DNA of 64,000 bases from contig JAVLKG010000017.1 in assembly GCA_032128875.1 (NCBI GenBank), positions 1-64,000 on the forward strand, written 5' to 3'. A program made the translations under genes and the position numbers. The stretch is from Candidatus Melainabacteria bacterium 17Bon1m. Lineage in GTDB: Bacteria > Cyanobacteriota > Vampirovibrionia > Obscuribacterales > Obscuribacteraceae. This document shows, piece by piece, positions 19,819 through 29,707 of this stretch; position 1 is the first letter of the stretch; the number at the start of each line of letters is the position of its first letter. The notes under the pieces are model-generated. The model saw only the letters and a program-made list of their open reading frames with translations, searched no databases and was not told the origin of the DNA.

Positions 19819-20193
19819 CTAAACTTGAAGTCGCTGACACAAAGAATAAGTTGTAATCGTCTCCACAAATGGTGGTGCGCGCGTGCCCCTCGACATTCTG
19901 TAGAGTTCTTTTAGTGATAAGTCTTGCTCTTCGACAAATAACAACGCCTGGCAGACTTGGCGAAGCGATTCCCAATCCAAGGCTAGAGACACTGCTCCAG
20001 ATGAATACGCTTTGTTGCTGCAACATGTTTTTGAATGACCGCAATCAGAGCAGCTATCCTCATTTGTCGCAGAGATGGTACTTTTGCTTCCTGTCACATG
20101 ATGTTGAACATCAACACAAAAGCCTCGACAAATTCCGAGGCTCGAAGAGAGAATAAGGAAGAGAAGGGCAATGAAAAGCGCTTTCATTTTCAT
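19819..20193 (-). CDS. Cys-rich DUF2946/CzcI-like leader protein with RAPP motif
   Basis: Signal-like N-terminus, 'CSDCGHSKTCC' and 'TRAPP' near the C-terminus. Confidence 0.7.
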   Translation of the reverse strand: MKMKALFIALLFLILSSSLGICRGFCVDVQHHVTGSKSTISATNEDSCSDCGHSKTCCSNKAYSSGAVSLALDWESLRQVCQALLFVEEQDLSLKELYRMSRGTRAPPFVETITTYSLCQRLQV

Positions 20194-20955
20194 TTCGATG
20201 CGCAGTACTACTAAGTTTTAGTCTTGCAGCTAAATTGGCTGGCGGCAAGACATAAGTGGAAGACTTTCACCTGTTCATTGCGGGAGGAGTTTTGAAACTC
20301 TGACAGGTTCAGCGTTTTGACGTGCTATTTGTCATTCGTGCACTATCTGTGATATCGCTAAGCTTTAGTGAAAATGATTGTCTTTTTCGCCATGTTTTAC
20401 ATTCATGCATGGAAACTGGCTCCGGATGCACGTTTTGCGGAAAAGCTCTTGACAAGTTCTGATGGCAAACCTATCATCAATTCCATCGACAGGCCCAGAC
20501 TTTCGATAGCAAATAATCCAGGGTAAAAAATTTGTTTCGTCTTCTTGGAGGAGGGCACCACTAGTAATACCGCTAACGACATCGCACTTCCATTCGTTTG
20601 CTTCTCAGAGGAAGTTAAAGCAAACAAAGTAGCTAAACTGCATTCATACCCCAGGTGCTGGAGACGCTCGGTCAAGCGTCTCCAGCACTCTTTTGTAAGG
20701 TCTTCTTGTTTTTGCATGAATGTCAAAATTGGTATGTGGATTCTGCTTTTGTTTTTGTACATTTGTGCGGATTTCTGTATCAAATGGTTGTGGCAGGCAT
20801 GTTTCGCTTAGGTTGAATCAAAATGTTTTCTGCACAGATGTAAAACGGCTGTCTTTGGGCTGATTGTTGTTCGTGTTTGAAAAGGTGCATGGTTAGTCGG
20901 TTTTAGGTGGATTGTTTAAATGGAGATTGTACATTTGTGTCTCGCTGTAACTCGT

Positions 20956-21024
20956 TGACAATCGCTGAAACGTTGATATCATGCAGATCTCGGAAGGATT
21001 AGTGCAAAAATGATATTCGTTTTC
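20956..21024 (+). promoter_or_regulatory. sigma70-type promoter plus Fur-like box (copy 1 of a duplicated promoter)
   Basis: TTGACAATCGCTGAA...TATCATGC, then AAAAATGATATTCGTTTTC at 21006-21024; closely similar to 28917-28986. Confidence 0.65.
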
Positions 21025-21028
21025 AAAA

Positions 21029-21472
21029 ATGCTAATTGATTCACAAGAAGGTGCAGGCGAAGGCGCGTTTCAAGCTCTAGACAATGTTGTCAGAGTTACG
21101 GAACAATTCGGCGTCCCTGATCTATATTCTCAGTTTCAACAGCTTCCACCTATGGCCGATTCATCCATTGGCATAGTGCCTCAGGCAACTATCACTCCGG
21201 ATGGTATTACATTCAATGCCAGTGCCGGTGCTAATCCTATGATGGGAGCCGAAAATGCCCTTTCGCAGTTGATGCCCGGATTGGACGGCATTATTAACTC
21301 AATGATTGCTCTTCCCGGCGGCGCCGGCATTCTGGCGTCCTTCTTCCAAGCATTAGGTGCATTGTTTGCCGGTGTTATACAAACATTAGGTACAAGCGCG
21401 CAAGAATTATCGAGAATGTACGCGCAGGCTGCGCAATCGGCTATGGACATGTCAAAAATGGCTCGTTCCTAG
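21029..21472 (+). CDS. hypothetical Gly/Ala-rich protein
   Basis: 147 aa ORF directly after the promoter; amphipathic C-terminal half. Confidence 0.6.
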   Translation: MLIDSQEGAGEGAFQALDNVVRVTEQFGVPDLYSQFQQLPPMADSSIGIVPQATITPDGITFNASAGANPMMGAENALSQLMPGLDGIINSMIALPGGAGILASFFQALGALFAGVIQTLGTSAQELSRMYAQAAQSAMDMSKMARS

Positions 21473-21549
21473 ACCATATGTTTAACGCAGAAGTTATTTC
21501 ATATGCCGTCATCGGTCTCAGTCATCTCTATTTGATTGAAAGGGTATTT

Positions 21550-22152
21550 ATGCACCAACCTAGCAGCAAGCGATCGTTAAGCGTTCAACAAGCCACCTCA
21601 AGGCTCTTATTCGAGCTTTATAAATACGGTCCTTTGCGATTAGTCAAAGAGGCGGGGCATACAGATTTGATAGGAAGGCAGAGTAAGCTTTGCTGCCTTT
21701 CAGATCCATACATGGAAGCAATTAGCGGCATGCAGCGCAATGAATTGATTAGAGAGTCGAGAAACAGCGCTGATGATCCGCTTTTCAGTCTCACAGACAG
21801 AGGCTATTTAGTTGCGTTCTTGGTCAGGTCTCGCTCAACAACTAATTATGATTGTGAATGCAACGATTGCGAAGATGGCATAGACAAAGTACTTTCGGAG
21901 ATGCGAAATGCCGGCGGACTGAAGTTGGTCACGACTGACGATTGTGAGTTTCCTCATCTGGACGGTGGCAACGCGCATATGTGCCTTGAGGACGACTCAT
22001 TTCTCGATGCCATACTGAGGCTTGAACGTCTAGGTCTGGTGAAACTTCAAGAAGACATGTCTTTCACACTCACCAAAAAAGGTTTGTTCTCTGCTCATTT
22101 CACGTTGTCTACATCTTCGAAGGCACGAGCTATAAAGGCTTCTCTTAATTGA
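21550..22152 (+). CDS. tandem winged-helix-like Cys/His-rich protein, paralog of 29109..29648
   Basis: Two repeats ending 'FSLTDRG' and 'FTLTKKG'; CC, CxCxxC and CEFPHL..HxCLED motifs. Likely start MHQP at 21550. Confidence 0.7.
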   Translation: MHQPSSKRSLSVQQATSRLLFELYKYGPLRLVKEAGHTDLIGRQSKLCCLSDPYMEAISGMQRNELIRESRNSADDPLFSLTDRGYLVAFLVRSRSTTNYDCECNDCEDGIDKVLSEMRNAGGLKLVTTDDCEFPHLDGGNAHMCLEDDSFLDAILRLERLGLVKLQEDMSFTLTKKGLFSAHFTLSTSSKARAIKASLN

Positions 22153-22194
22153 GGTGAACGGCGCTACTCTCTGGAATCCACGGACACTTTTACT

Positions 22195-23679
22195 ATGGAT
22201 AAGAAAAAAGACCCCGAGAAGATCTCGCAAAAAGCGTTGGGTCTTGCAACATCTGCTTTGACAGCCCGAGTTACTGGCAATCTCAGCATAGCAGACGAAC
22301 TTGCTGTCCAAGCGCTGAACCTAGTTGATTTGGCAGATGGCAAAGACTTTGTAGAAGCACTTGAATCGAGGGTCTTCAACTCAAGCGACTGTATGTCTGA
22401 GTTGCAAAAACTCCTTGATATTCAAGCAAGATCGCTTGGACCGGATCATCCTCAAGTGCTGGAGACTTTGAATAGGCTTTTGCTTCGCTGGAGTTCATGG
22501 CTCAGTGATTATAATGTTTTGCTGGCGCCTGTATATGAGCGCCTGGTGGCATTGAGGTTGCAACAGCTCGGACCGAATCATCCTGAAATTGCTGATTTAC
22601 TCATGAATTTTTCTGAGTATCTGGCTTCAAGAGGCGCCAATGTAGATGCGCAAAATTGTCTCACCCGAGCAGTGACTATCCGCAAGGCTAACTTTGAGAA
22701 AACACCAAGCTCCACTTTGAGTTATGCACAGGCAGTCACCAGATTAGGTTGTTTGCTCGTCACCATGGGTAGCTACGATTTGGCAGAAGGCTATCTTAAG
22801 TCCGCTTGCGACTTGCTTGATGCCACTCGCTCTAGGCTGAAGTTGCATGCTTTTGAAGATCTAGCAGTCGCCTACACAGAAATGGGCAAATATGGCGAAG
22901 CTGAGGCTGTTTTAAAAAAAGCTCTTTTGACAAAAGATACGGATTCGCTCACTACGATTGCCAATTGTGCAGTTCAGCTTGGCAGTATCTTCCTCTATTG
23001 GGGTTGGCTCGATGACGCTGTGTCTCTTTTTGATTTCTCGATAAACTTCGATAGAGATTCAACATGGACCTTGCCTGGTATCACCGAGAAGCAGGTCGTA
23101 TCTGATGATTTACAAAACGGCTGCAATCCTTTGGAAGAAATTTTTGATTCTCTGCAAGAGTACTACAGCTCGAGCGACATGCGCCGCTTTTGCAGGAACC
23201 TGATGGTACGCAAGTATTCATGGGCGATCCCCTCAAAGAACGTTTTGAAAGCGATTGCAGAGGTTGGACCGCTGGTTGAAATTGGTGCCGGTACAGGATA
23301 TTGGGCGGCACTTTTGAGAAATAGAGGTGCCGATATCATCGCATATGATTTTGCCCCATCTGCAACAGGACGCAATGGTTATACGTTGAAAACTAACAGC
23401 TGGACAGAAGTTTTACCAGCCACCGAAACCACCGTTGCATATCATCCGGATCGCACATTGTTTCTATGTTGGCCGCCATTAAATGACGAGATGGCCTACA
23501 GAGCTTTGAGAGCCTACACTGGCGATTCGCTCATATATATCGGCGAGCCGTTTCCCGGATGTACGGCTGATGAAAACTTTCATGATCGTCTTGAAAAAAA
23601 TTGGGTGCTTGTAAAAAAAATCGACTTAAAGCGCTGGCATTTGATCAAAGATTCGGCATTTTTCTACACGCGTAAATGA
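22195..23679 (+). CDS. TPR protein fused to class I SAM methyltransferase
   Basis: Kinesin-light-chain-like TPRs 'LGPDHP' and 'LGPNHP'; C-terminal 'VEIGAGTGYWA' and 'LFLCWPP'. Confidence 0.8.
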   Translation: MDKKKDPEKISQKALGLATSALTARVTGNLSIADELAVQALNLVDLADGKDFVEALESRVFNSSDCMSELQKLLDIQARSLGPDHPQVLETLNRLLLRWSSWLSDYNVLLAPVYERLVALRLQQLGPNHPEIADLLMNFSEYLASRGANVDAQNCLTRAVTIRKANFEKTPSSTLSYAQAVTRLGCLLVTMGSYDLAEGYLKSACDLLDATRSRLKLHAFEDLAVAYTEMGKYGEAEAVLKKALLTKDTDSLTTIANCAVQLGSIFLYWGWLDDAVSLFDFSINFDRDSTWTLPGITEKQVVSDDLQNGCNPLEEIFDSLQEYYSSSDMRRFCRNLMVRKYSWAIPSKNVLKAIAEVGPLVEIGAGTGYWAALLRNRGADIIAYDFAPSATGRNGYTLKTNSWTEVLPATETTVAYHPDRTLFLCWPPLNDEMAYRALRAYTGDSLIYIGEPFPGCTADENFHDRLEKNWVLVKKIDLKRWHLIKDSAFFYTRK

Positions 23680-24134
23680 ACATGGTTTTCGCTTTTAGTT
23701 CTGCACAAATGTCAAAAGTGATCAGATGTTGCAATGATTTAAAACCCTCTTCAAAACTTGCTTAGCGTATCTCCGCAATGTCTTGAATACCGTTTTACAG
23801 ATGCAATTCATTTCTCTGCTTTTCGCTTCGCTATCTGCGCAATGAGCGATCAGCTATCGCTTTTGCTCGACCTCTATGAAGTGTTGCGAGATGAGATTTC
23901 GACACTTTTGCTTATGAGTACTCAAGTTTTTTTAGACCGTTCTCTCAAAATGCTTCTCTGTTGCACCTTTCCGATTGATTTGCCTTTTAGAGATCGCATA
24001 GTTTTTACATGTCTTTTTCAACCCCTTTTTCAGACTCACCACATCCAAACCAAACCAAACGCGTGCCTGTCACTTCGAGCACTCTGAGCTTCCTTGCAAG
24101 GAAGACGTGTTGGTTTAGAAAGATGGAGAACACC

Positions 24135-25055
24135 ATGTCTCACGAACACAATCACAATCACGGTGACTTCGCGGCGCTTCGCAAGAAGAACAAAACAGCG
24201 ATGAAAACCGTTCTCGCTTTGACCTTCACCTTCATGGCCGTAGAAGTAATTGGCGGTCTTTACACCGGTAGTCTTGCACTGATTGCAGATGCCGGGCATA
24301 TGCTGGGCGACTCAGCCGGCCTGATGCTTGCACTTTTTGCTGTCTGGTTTGCCGCAAAGCCACCCAGCAAGCGCAAAACCTTCGGCTACTACCGAACTGA
24401 GATCTTAGCGGCGCTTGTCAATGGTCTCGTTCTCATCGGGTTGTCTCTGTACATCCTTTACGAGGCGTATCAACGATTCACCAACCCGCCTGAAATTCTC
24501 ACAGGGCCAATGTTGCTTGTTGCGGTGGGCGGACTTATCGTCAATCTCATCGGCGTTAAGCTACTGTCCGACTCGTCGGACGGTTCGCTCAATGCAAAGG
24601 CTGCCTATCTGGAGGTAATGAGCGACCTTTTGGGGTCAGTCGCCGTTATTGCTGCCTCGCTCATCATCATGTTTACCGGCTGGACCATTGTCGACCCGAT
24701 TGTGTCTGGCGTCATTGGCTTGATGATTCTGCCGCGCACCTGGAAGCTCATCAAGGACTGCGTTCATATCCTCATGGAAGGCACTCCAAATGGGGTCAAC
24801 CTTGAGAAACTTCAAAGCTCGATAATGGCAGTCGAAGGCGTGCTTGATGTCCACGACTTACACGTCTGGACAATCACTTCTGGACGCGATGCTTTGACCG
24901 CTCACGTCCTTATTGATGAGGCTGCCGATCCGGATATTCTTCTTGCGAAGATATCCAAAATTGCCCAGGAGGAATTTGGTCTGCATCACAGCACGCTGCA
25001 AGTGGAGCAGAAAAACTGCAAATCTGACGAAGCCTCCTGTGCTAAAGTAACGTAA
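24135..25055 (+). CDS. czcD: cation diffusion facilitator (CzcD/ZitB-like)
   Basis: His-rich N-terminus, 'GSLALIADAGHM', 'TFGYYR' and 'HDLHVW'; GGAG RBS before ATG 24135. Confidence 0.92.
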   Translation: MSHEHNHNHGDFAALRKKNKTAMKTVLALTFTFMAVEVIGGLYTGSLALIADAGHMLGDSAGLMLALFAVWFAAKPPSKRKTFGYYRTEILAALVNGLVLIGLSLYILYEAYQRFTNPPEILTGPMLLVAVGGLIVNLIGVKLLSDSSDGSLNAKAAYLEVMSDLLGSVAVIAASLIIMFTGWTIVDPIVSGVIGLMILPRTWKLIKDCVHILMEGTPNGVNLEKLQSSIMAVEGVLDVHDLHVWTITSGRDALTAHVLIDEAADPDILLAKISKIAQEEFGLHHSTLQVEQKNCKSDEASCAKVT

Positions 25056-25190
25056 CAATATGAATTTCGGTCGACCAGAAAGCGCACCGCGACTGCATTG
25101 CAGTCAAGCGTTTTCTGGTCGATTTCCTTTGCACATTGTCTACTAAAAAAGGTAGTAATTTTTGATATCAGAGTAAAAAACTTTCCAAAT

Positions 25191-25670
25191 CTAGTCGTCG
25201 TCCTGGTGGTCATGATGCGAACTTCCCGGCTTATGCAGGTGATCTTTCTTCGACATTTTTTTCCAATAAGGCGTGTCGTGAACTGCTAAAAGAGAAAAGG
25301 TAATGATCGTTGTGAGAACACCGAGCACGTACATTCCGTAAGCTATAGTCAAACCTATCGATGCTGTTGCCCAGATGGTTGCGGCCGTAGTTAGACCTAT
25401 GGTGCGTCCACCTTGTCCACGCATAATTACTCCGGCGCAAATAAATCCTATGCCGCTGACAATCTGTGCAGAAATTCTTGAATCTCCAGCTGTGGCTCCC
25501 TGCGAATGCATCGATACTAAGCCGAATACACAGGATCCGACAGCTACGGCAGCATATGTTCTGATGCCGGCGTCGTGCTTGTGCAATTCTCTTTCGAAGC
25601 CAATGATGCCGCCAAGAATAGCTGCTAAAACGGCACGCACAGCCATAACAAGTTCAAGTTGCCAGTCCAT
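25191..25670 (-). CDS. MgtC/SapB family membrane protein with His-rich tail
   Basis: 'IGFERE..AGIRT', 'RISAQIVSGIGF' and 'GLTTAATIW'. Confidence 0.92.
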   Translation of the reverse strand: MDWQLELVMAVRAVLAAILGGIIGFERELHKHDAGIRTYAAVAVGSCVFGLVSMHSQGATAGDSRISAQIVSGIGFICAGVIMRGQGGRTIGLTTAATIWATASIGLTIAYGMYVLGVLTTIITFSLLAVHDTPYWKKMSKKDHLHKPGSSHHDHQDDD

Positions 25671-25959
25671 TTGATTGCTTCCTTTTCAGTCTGACTGTAT
25701 TAGAATCGCATTGAAAATGAACACCGTTGTCGGCTTGCGTGTTCAATTGAAAACCGCATCATATCTCAGTTTCGTTTAATGTCAAAATTCACTGGAAATC
25801 AATCCGTGGTCGCATATTTGTCAAAAGTATTTGTCAGTTTTGTCTGATTGTTTGTACTTTCATGCAAGCAATTCCGGCTTATTTACTGATTTGGCGGTAT
25901 TGCCCTTGCACTTCACCCGGCTTGCTGCAAAACTGAAAATCGATGAGAAATACCGGCAT

Positions 25960-26601
25960 ATGAAAAAGCCTGACTACGATCGCTTGTATCAGCTTGCGCT
26001 AATGCAGGAAGGGTTCTTCACTGCGAATCAGGCAGCGAACTGTGGTTATTCAAGGCAGCTGCAGGTCTATTACGTCCGAAAAGGTGAATGGCTGAGAAAC
26101 GTCAGGAGCATTTTTCGATTCAAATATTTCCCGGTTCTCTCTTGCCATAGAGAAGACTACATTGTCACCCAACTTTGGACGGAAGACAAAAACGGAGAGA
26201 TGGCCGGAGTCTTTGCATTTACGACCGCCCTCTATCTTCACAATATTATTCAAACAGTGCCTGCTCATCTTGATGTAATTGTCCCTAGAAATTTTAGAAG
26301 AAACTCTCTGCCTCCATTTAGATGCCGGTTTTTCAGACGTCATTTAGACTCGGACAGAATTGAGATAATTCACGGTTTGCAAGTGACAAATTTGCTCTGG
26401 ACATTTGTTGATATTTTCGATGTTGAATTAATAGAAAGACGTATTCTTATTGATTTGTTTCGAGCTGCTTTTGAAAGTGGCAAGCTAAATAATGCCCAGA
26501 TGCAGGCGGCAAAGCTCTCACTTGTGCAAAGAGATCGTCTGATGAAGGCGTTGAGAGAAATTGGTTTTGTCGGCGGTCAAAGTATCGTCATGGACGATTA
26601 A
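25960..26601 (+). CDS. AbiEi-type regulator, paralog of 19012..19638
   Basis: Shares 'GFFTA.QA..CGYSRQLQVYYV.KGEW' with 19012..19638; likely start MKKPDY at 25960. Confidence 0.8.
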   Translation: MKKPDYDRLYQLALMQEGFFTANQAANCGYSRQLQVYYVRKGEWLRNVRSIFRFKYFPVLSCHREDYIVTQLWTEDKNGEMAGVFAFTTALYLHNIIQTVPAHLDVIVPRNFRRNSLPPFRCRFFRRHLDSDRIEIIHGLQVTNLLWTFVDIFDVELIERRILIDLFRAAFESGKLNNAQMQAAKLSLVQRDRLMKALREIGFVGGQSIVMDD

Positions 26602-26743
26602 ACTCCGCACAGTTGTTGCAATAATTTTGTCTTTTGTGCAGATTTAGACATCAAGCGCATTTTGAATCTGCATCAAAGTAAAAAATCTTTGAACGTTCCA
26701 GCGCTGCGTCGCACAGGGAGGCTGTCTTCATTGTGTCACGTGG

Positions 26744-27475
26744 TTGTCACAGTACTCTCGTTTTATTGAATCTCCCTTTATGCGTGAGGTTCGACTTGTG
26801 ACGAGAGATGATTTTTACAGGGGACAAACGAACCCTGCGCGAGAAATGGCTCGAGAGCTAGATTTTGGCAATGGCAGAGAAGTTGCCAATGTTCTGCAGG
26901 ATATCTACCGAACAGATAGGTATGCATTCAGGCAACTTGCACAACAGATCAATCGTTCAGAGCGAAATGGTATGGGCGATGACCTGACCATAACCGAAAA
27001 TGGTCAGGTATATGTTGGTTATCCCGGACGCGAAAGACGCGTAGGACAAATTGACCAAGGACGCTACGGACAAGGTGGGTGGAACTATCCAAATGGCGGA
27101 ATGCGTGACAATCATCCGCCTAATGGAGGACGAGGAAGAATTGATGTAGACATCAATTTCCCTCCGCTGCCTTACCCTCGAAATGGCGGCTGGGGCAATG
27201 ATAATCACAATCTTCCAGGTCGAGACATTTATAGATCCTATCCACAGAATCGATATCCTGACTACGACAGATACTCTTCAGGTCATAGAGGCAACAACAA
27301 TGCTGAAGTCATAGGCACTATCGTCGGCGGTGTCGCAGGCGGTGTTATAGGGGAACGCAATGCCAGGCATAACGGTGTAACAGGCGCGCTGATTGGCGCT
27401 CTGGGCGGCAATGTAATCGGTCGCCAGATTGACAGAAGCAATGAGCGACAGCGCGACTATCGCTTTCATAGATAG
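26744..27475 (+). CDS. Gly/Arg/Asn-rich protein with C-terminal glycine zipper 2TM
   Basis: 'IGTIVGGVAGGVIG..TGALIGALGGNVIG'. Confidence 0.7.
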   Translation: MSQYSRFIESPFMREVRLVTRDDFYRGQTNPAREMARELDFGNGREVANVLQDIYRTDRYAFRQLAQQINRSERNGMGDDLTITENGQVYVGYPGRERRVGQIDQGRYGQGGWNYPNGGMRDNHPPNGGRGRIDVDINFPPLPYPRNGGWGNDNHNLPGRDIYRSYPQNRYPDYDRYSSGHRGNNNAEVIGTIVGGVAGGVIGERNARHNGVTGALIGALGGNVIGRQIDRSNERQRDYRFHR

Positions 27476-27496
27476 ACTTCATCCTGAGGGAAAAAG

Positions 27497-27524
27497 AAAG
27501 GCCGATTTACCAGATCGGCCTTTT
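27497..27524. terminator. bidirectional terminator
   Basis: AAAGGCCGAT-N7-ATCGGCCTTTT between convergent genes. Confidence 0.75.
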
Positions 27525-27547
27525 CGCATTTGTAGTAGAAAAGTGTT

Positions 27548-28261
27548 TCAACTCAGAGCTGATACGCTAGCCTCCGGCAATACGACGCCGGGTTGGGTGC
27601 TCTGTCTTGAAGCGAATGATGCATCGGTCGACTGCACTCGTTTATTGCTGTTGCTGTAGCTCAGAGCATCTGCCAGCGCCTTCTGGAAGCGCACATCACT
27701 AATAATGGAAGGGTTTGCTTGTGCCGCTTGCATGAGCGATACAATGCCCGTCAACTTATCTCCTGATGCGATCGCTACTAATCCATTCTGGATCATTTGC
27801 ATCGCTTGATTGTTGATATCACCTGGTTGAGATTCCTTTTGTGTAGCGGTGGGCTCTTCTGCTTCCGCAGCTTGAGATGCATTTTCCGGCGAACTGACTT
27901 GCTCCGTCTGTGCAATGTCTCCTTGCCCTGCCTGGTTGAAATGAGCACTCTCTGAATGCGGGCTTGGAACATCTCCAACAATTGACTTCAAGTACGAAAA
28001 GAATTCTTGGCTTTGAACAATCTCCGGCTTTAGTTGCGCCGCTGTCATCAATTGAAGAATACCTGTCAATTCGTTCGGACCGCTTACATCTTTCAATCCG
28101 TTTTGAAGCAATTCGGCAGCTTGCTGGCTTGCTTGCTCCTCTGCACCTTCTCTACTGGCTAGCAAAGTTGCAGCTTGCTGCGTGAATCCGGAACCTTCCG
28201 GGTTGTCATTCGAACCTGAATCCAGACGAGTGTCGAAATTTTGATTTGGGTTTTCTTGCAT
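27548..28261 (-). CDS. hypothetical protein with an internal duplicated helical domain
   Basis: 'LLQNGL..LTGILQLMTAAQLKPEI' versus 'MIQNGL..LTGIVSLMQAAQANPSI'. Confidence 0.7.
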   Translation of the reverse strand: MQENPNQNFDTRLDSGSNDNPEGSGFTQQAATLLASREGAEEQASQQAAELLQNGLKDVSGPNELTGILQLMTAAQLKPEIVQSQEFFSYLKSIVGDVPSPHSESAHFNQAGQGDIAQTEQVSSPENASQAAEAEEPTATQKESQPGDINNQAMQMIQNGLVAIASGDKLTGIVSLMQAAQANPSIISDVRFQKALADALSYSNSNKRVQSTDASFASRQSTQPGVVLPEASVSALS

Positions 28262-28916
28262 GAATATTTCCTTTTGGTTTTAGAATTCTGATGTTTTAGA
28301 GCGCGTGCTTAAGGCGTAGTGCACGCAGTTGAGCCATGCTCCCGCAAGGCGTATTTGATTAGCTGATTGATTTGGTAAGTTCTGACATCAAAATATTTGC
28401 AACTGGGTTGGAAGTAAATGGGAAGTCACGAAATTTCACTTACTATCTTTCATTCCTATGACAATCGCTTGACACCATTTGTGGTGCCTATGTATTGAAC
28501 AAATGTGTAAGTTGTTGATGCCCATTTCCATTGCCCCTGCTAGCTTTGAGAGTGAATCTATTTCACTTTTCGTGAAAGTGTGGTGAAAGTGGCCATGCAC
28601 AAATGTTCAAATAGTTTTTGCATTCAATGCAGATAAGTCTTTCCGTAAGCTCTAGCCCGGCTATTTTTTTTTGCAAGGCTGTGTTGATTTTGAAAACGAT
28701 TGTCAGTGCCGTAACAATTGGCTCAGGCAGTCAACTGTAACTACCTATTTAAAGGATGAAAGTCCATTTTTTTCTTCGATTCAGAAGATTATTTGCACGA
28801 AAGTAAAAATCGATCTGGCATCAAATTTGCGAGTGCGTTGTGCTAACTGCCTGTTTGTCAATGTTTCGGACCTATTGTCTTAAGTTGTTCTTGCAGAAAA
28901 GTATGACGTGAGTTGG

Positions 28917-28986
28917 TTGACAATCGCTGAAGCTCAGTTATGATGCTGTTCTTGGTAGGTTCGCACAAAAAACGATATTCATTTTC
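28917..28986 (+). promoter_or_regulatory. sigma70-type promoter plus Fur-like box (copy 2)
   Basis: TTGACAATCGCTGAA...TATGATGC, then AAAAACGATATTCATTTTC at 28968-28986. Confidence 0.65.
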
Positions 28987-29108
28987 AATAATAGATTTTG
29001 TAAGGGGAAACAAGTTGCGCTGAGAAGCTGACCTTCTTTTCTCTATCTAGAGAATAAGGAAGAGCTTCTCGGCAGCAGCTCATTCTCCTTCTGTCAACGA
29101 GGTTTCCT

Positions 29109-29648
29109 ATGCACGAATGCTCAAACGAATATCTGACATCAATTCAAGATGCAATTACATATCTGCTCTATGAACTTCACAAGTTCGGACCGATACGCTT
29201 ACTAAAAAATGATGATCATTTGGAGCTAGCAAACCGCAACCGTGTGCTTTGCTGCGAGATAGAAACGCTCATTGAAGCATTGAAGGTAATGAAGAAAAAC
29301 TTGCTTGTTCACGAAGTCAAAGTAAAGGAAAGAAGACTTACATACTTTTTGACAAACAAAGGTGTTCTCATGGCTTACTTGGTTCGTCTTCAGTCAAATG
29401 CAGAAAAACAGTGCAATTGTATGGAATGCCAGGACAGTCTCGACAATGTTATGTCTATCATAGAAAAGAGCGGCTCTGTGGCACTGGTTTTTGATGAGAG
29501 TTGCGAGTTTCCCCATCTGGAAACCGGCAGCCTGCATATCTGTCTTGAAGATGAAAATGTCGGCAAAGGACTTATTCAACTTCAGCGCAACGGTTCGATT
29601 AGACTCGATGAAAACTTGATTTATAGTCTGTCCAGAAAAACCTCTTGA
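29109..29648 (+). CDS. tandem winged-helix-like Cys/His-rich protein, paralog of 21550..22152
   Basis: 'LLYELHKFGPIRL', CC, CNCMEC and 'CEFPHLETG.LHICLED'. Confidence 0.7.
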   Translation: MHECSNEYLTSIQDAITYLLYELHKFGPIRLLKNDDHLELANRNRVLCCEIETLIEALKVMKKNLLVHEVKVKERRLTYFLTNKGVLMAYLVRLQSNAEKQCNCMECQDSLDNVMSIIEKSGSVALVFDESCEFPHLETGSLHICLEDENVGKGLIQLQRNGSIRLDENLIYSLSRKTS

Positions 29649-29707
29649 TGAATGCTTTGGTGGCGAGCATGCGATGATTCAAAGTCTAGAGCGGTGGTCA
29701 ATAGCCA

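Noticed and set aside
20403-20811. ORFs 20403..20783 and 20545..20811
   Set aside because: They overlap a motif-dense regulatory region, have no recognisable RBS or domain, and are likely spurious.
23758-24134. ORF 23758..24087 and the long N-terminal extension of the CDF gene from 24009
   Set aside because: No RBS or domain support; the CDF most plausibly starts at 24135 after GGAG.
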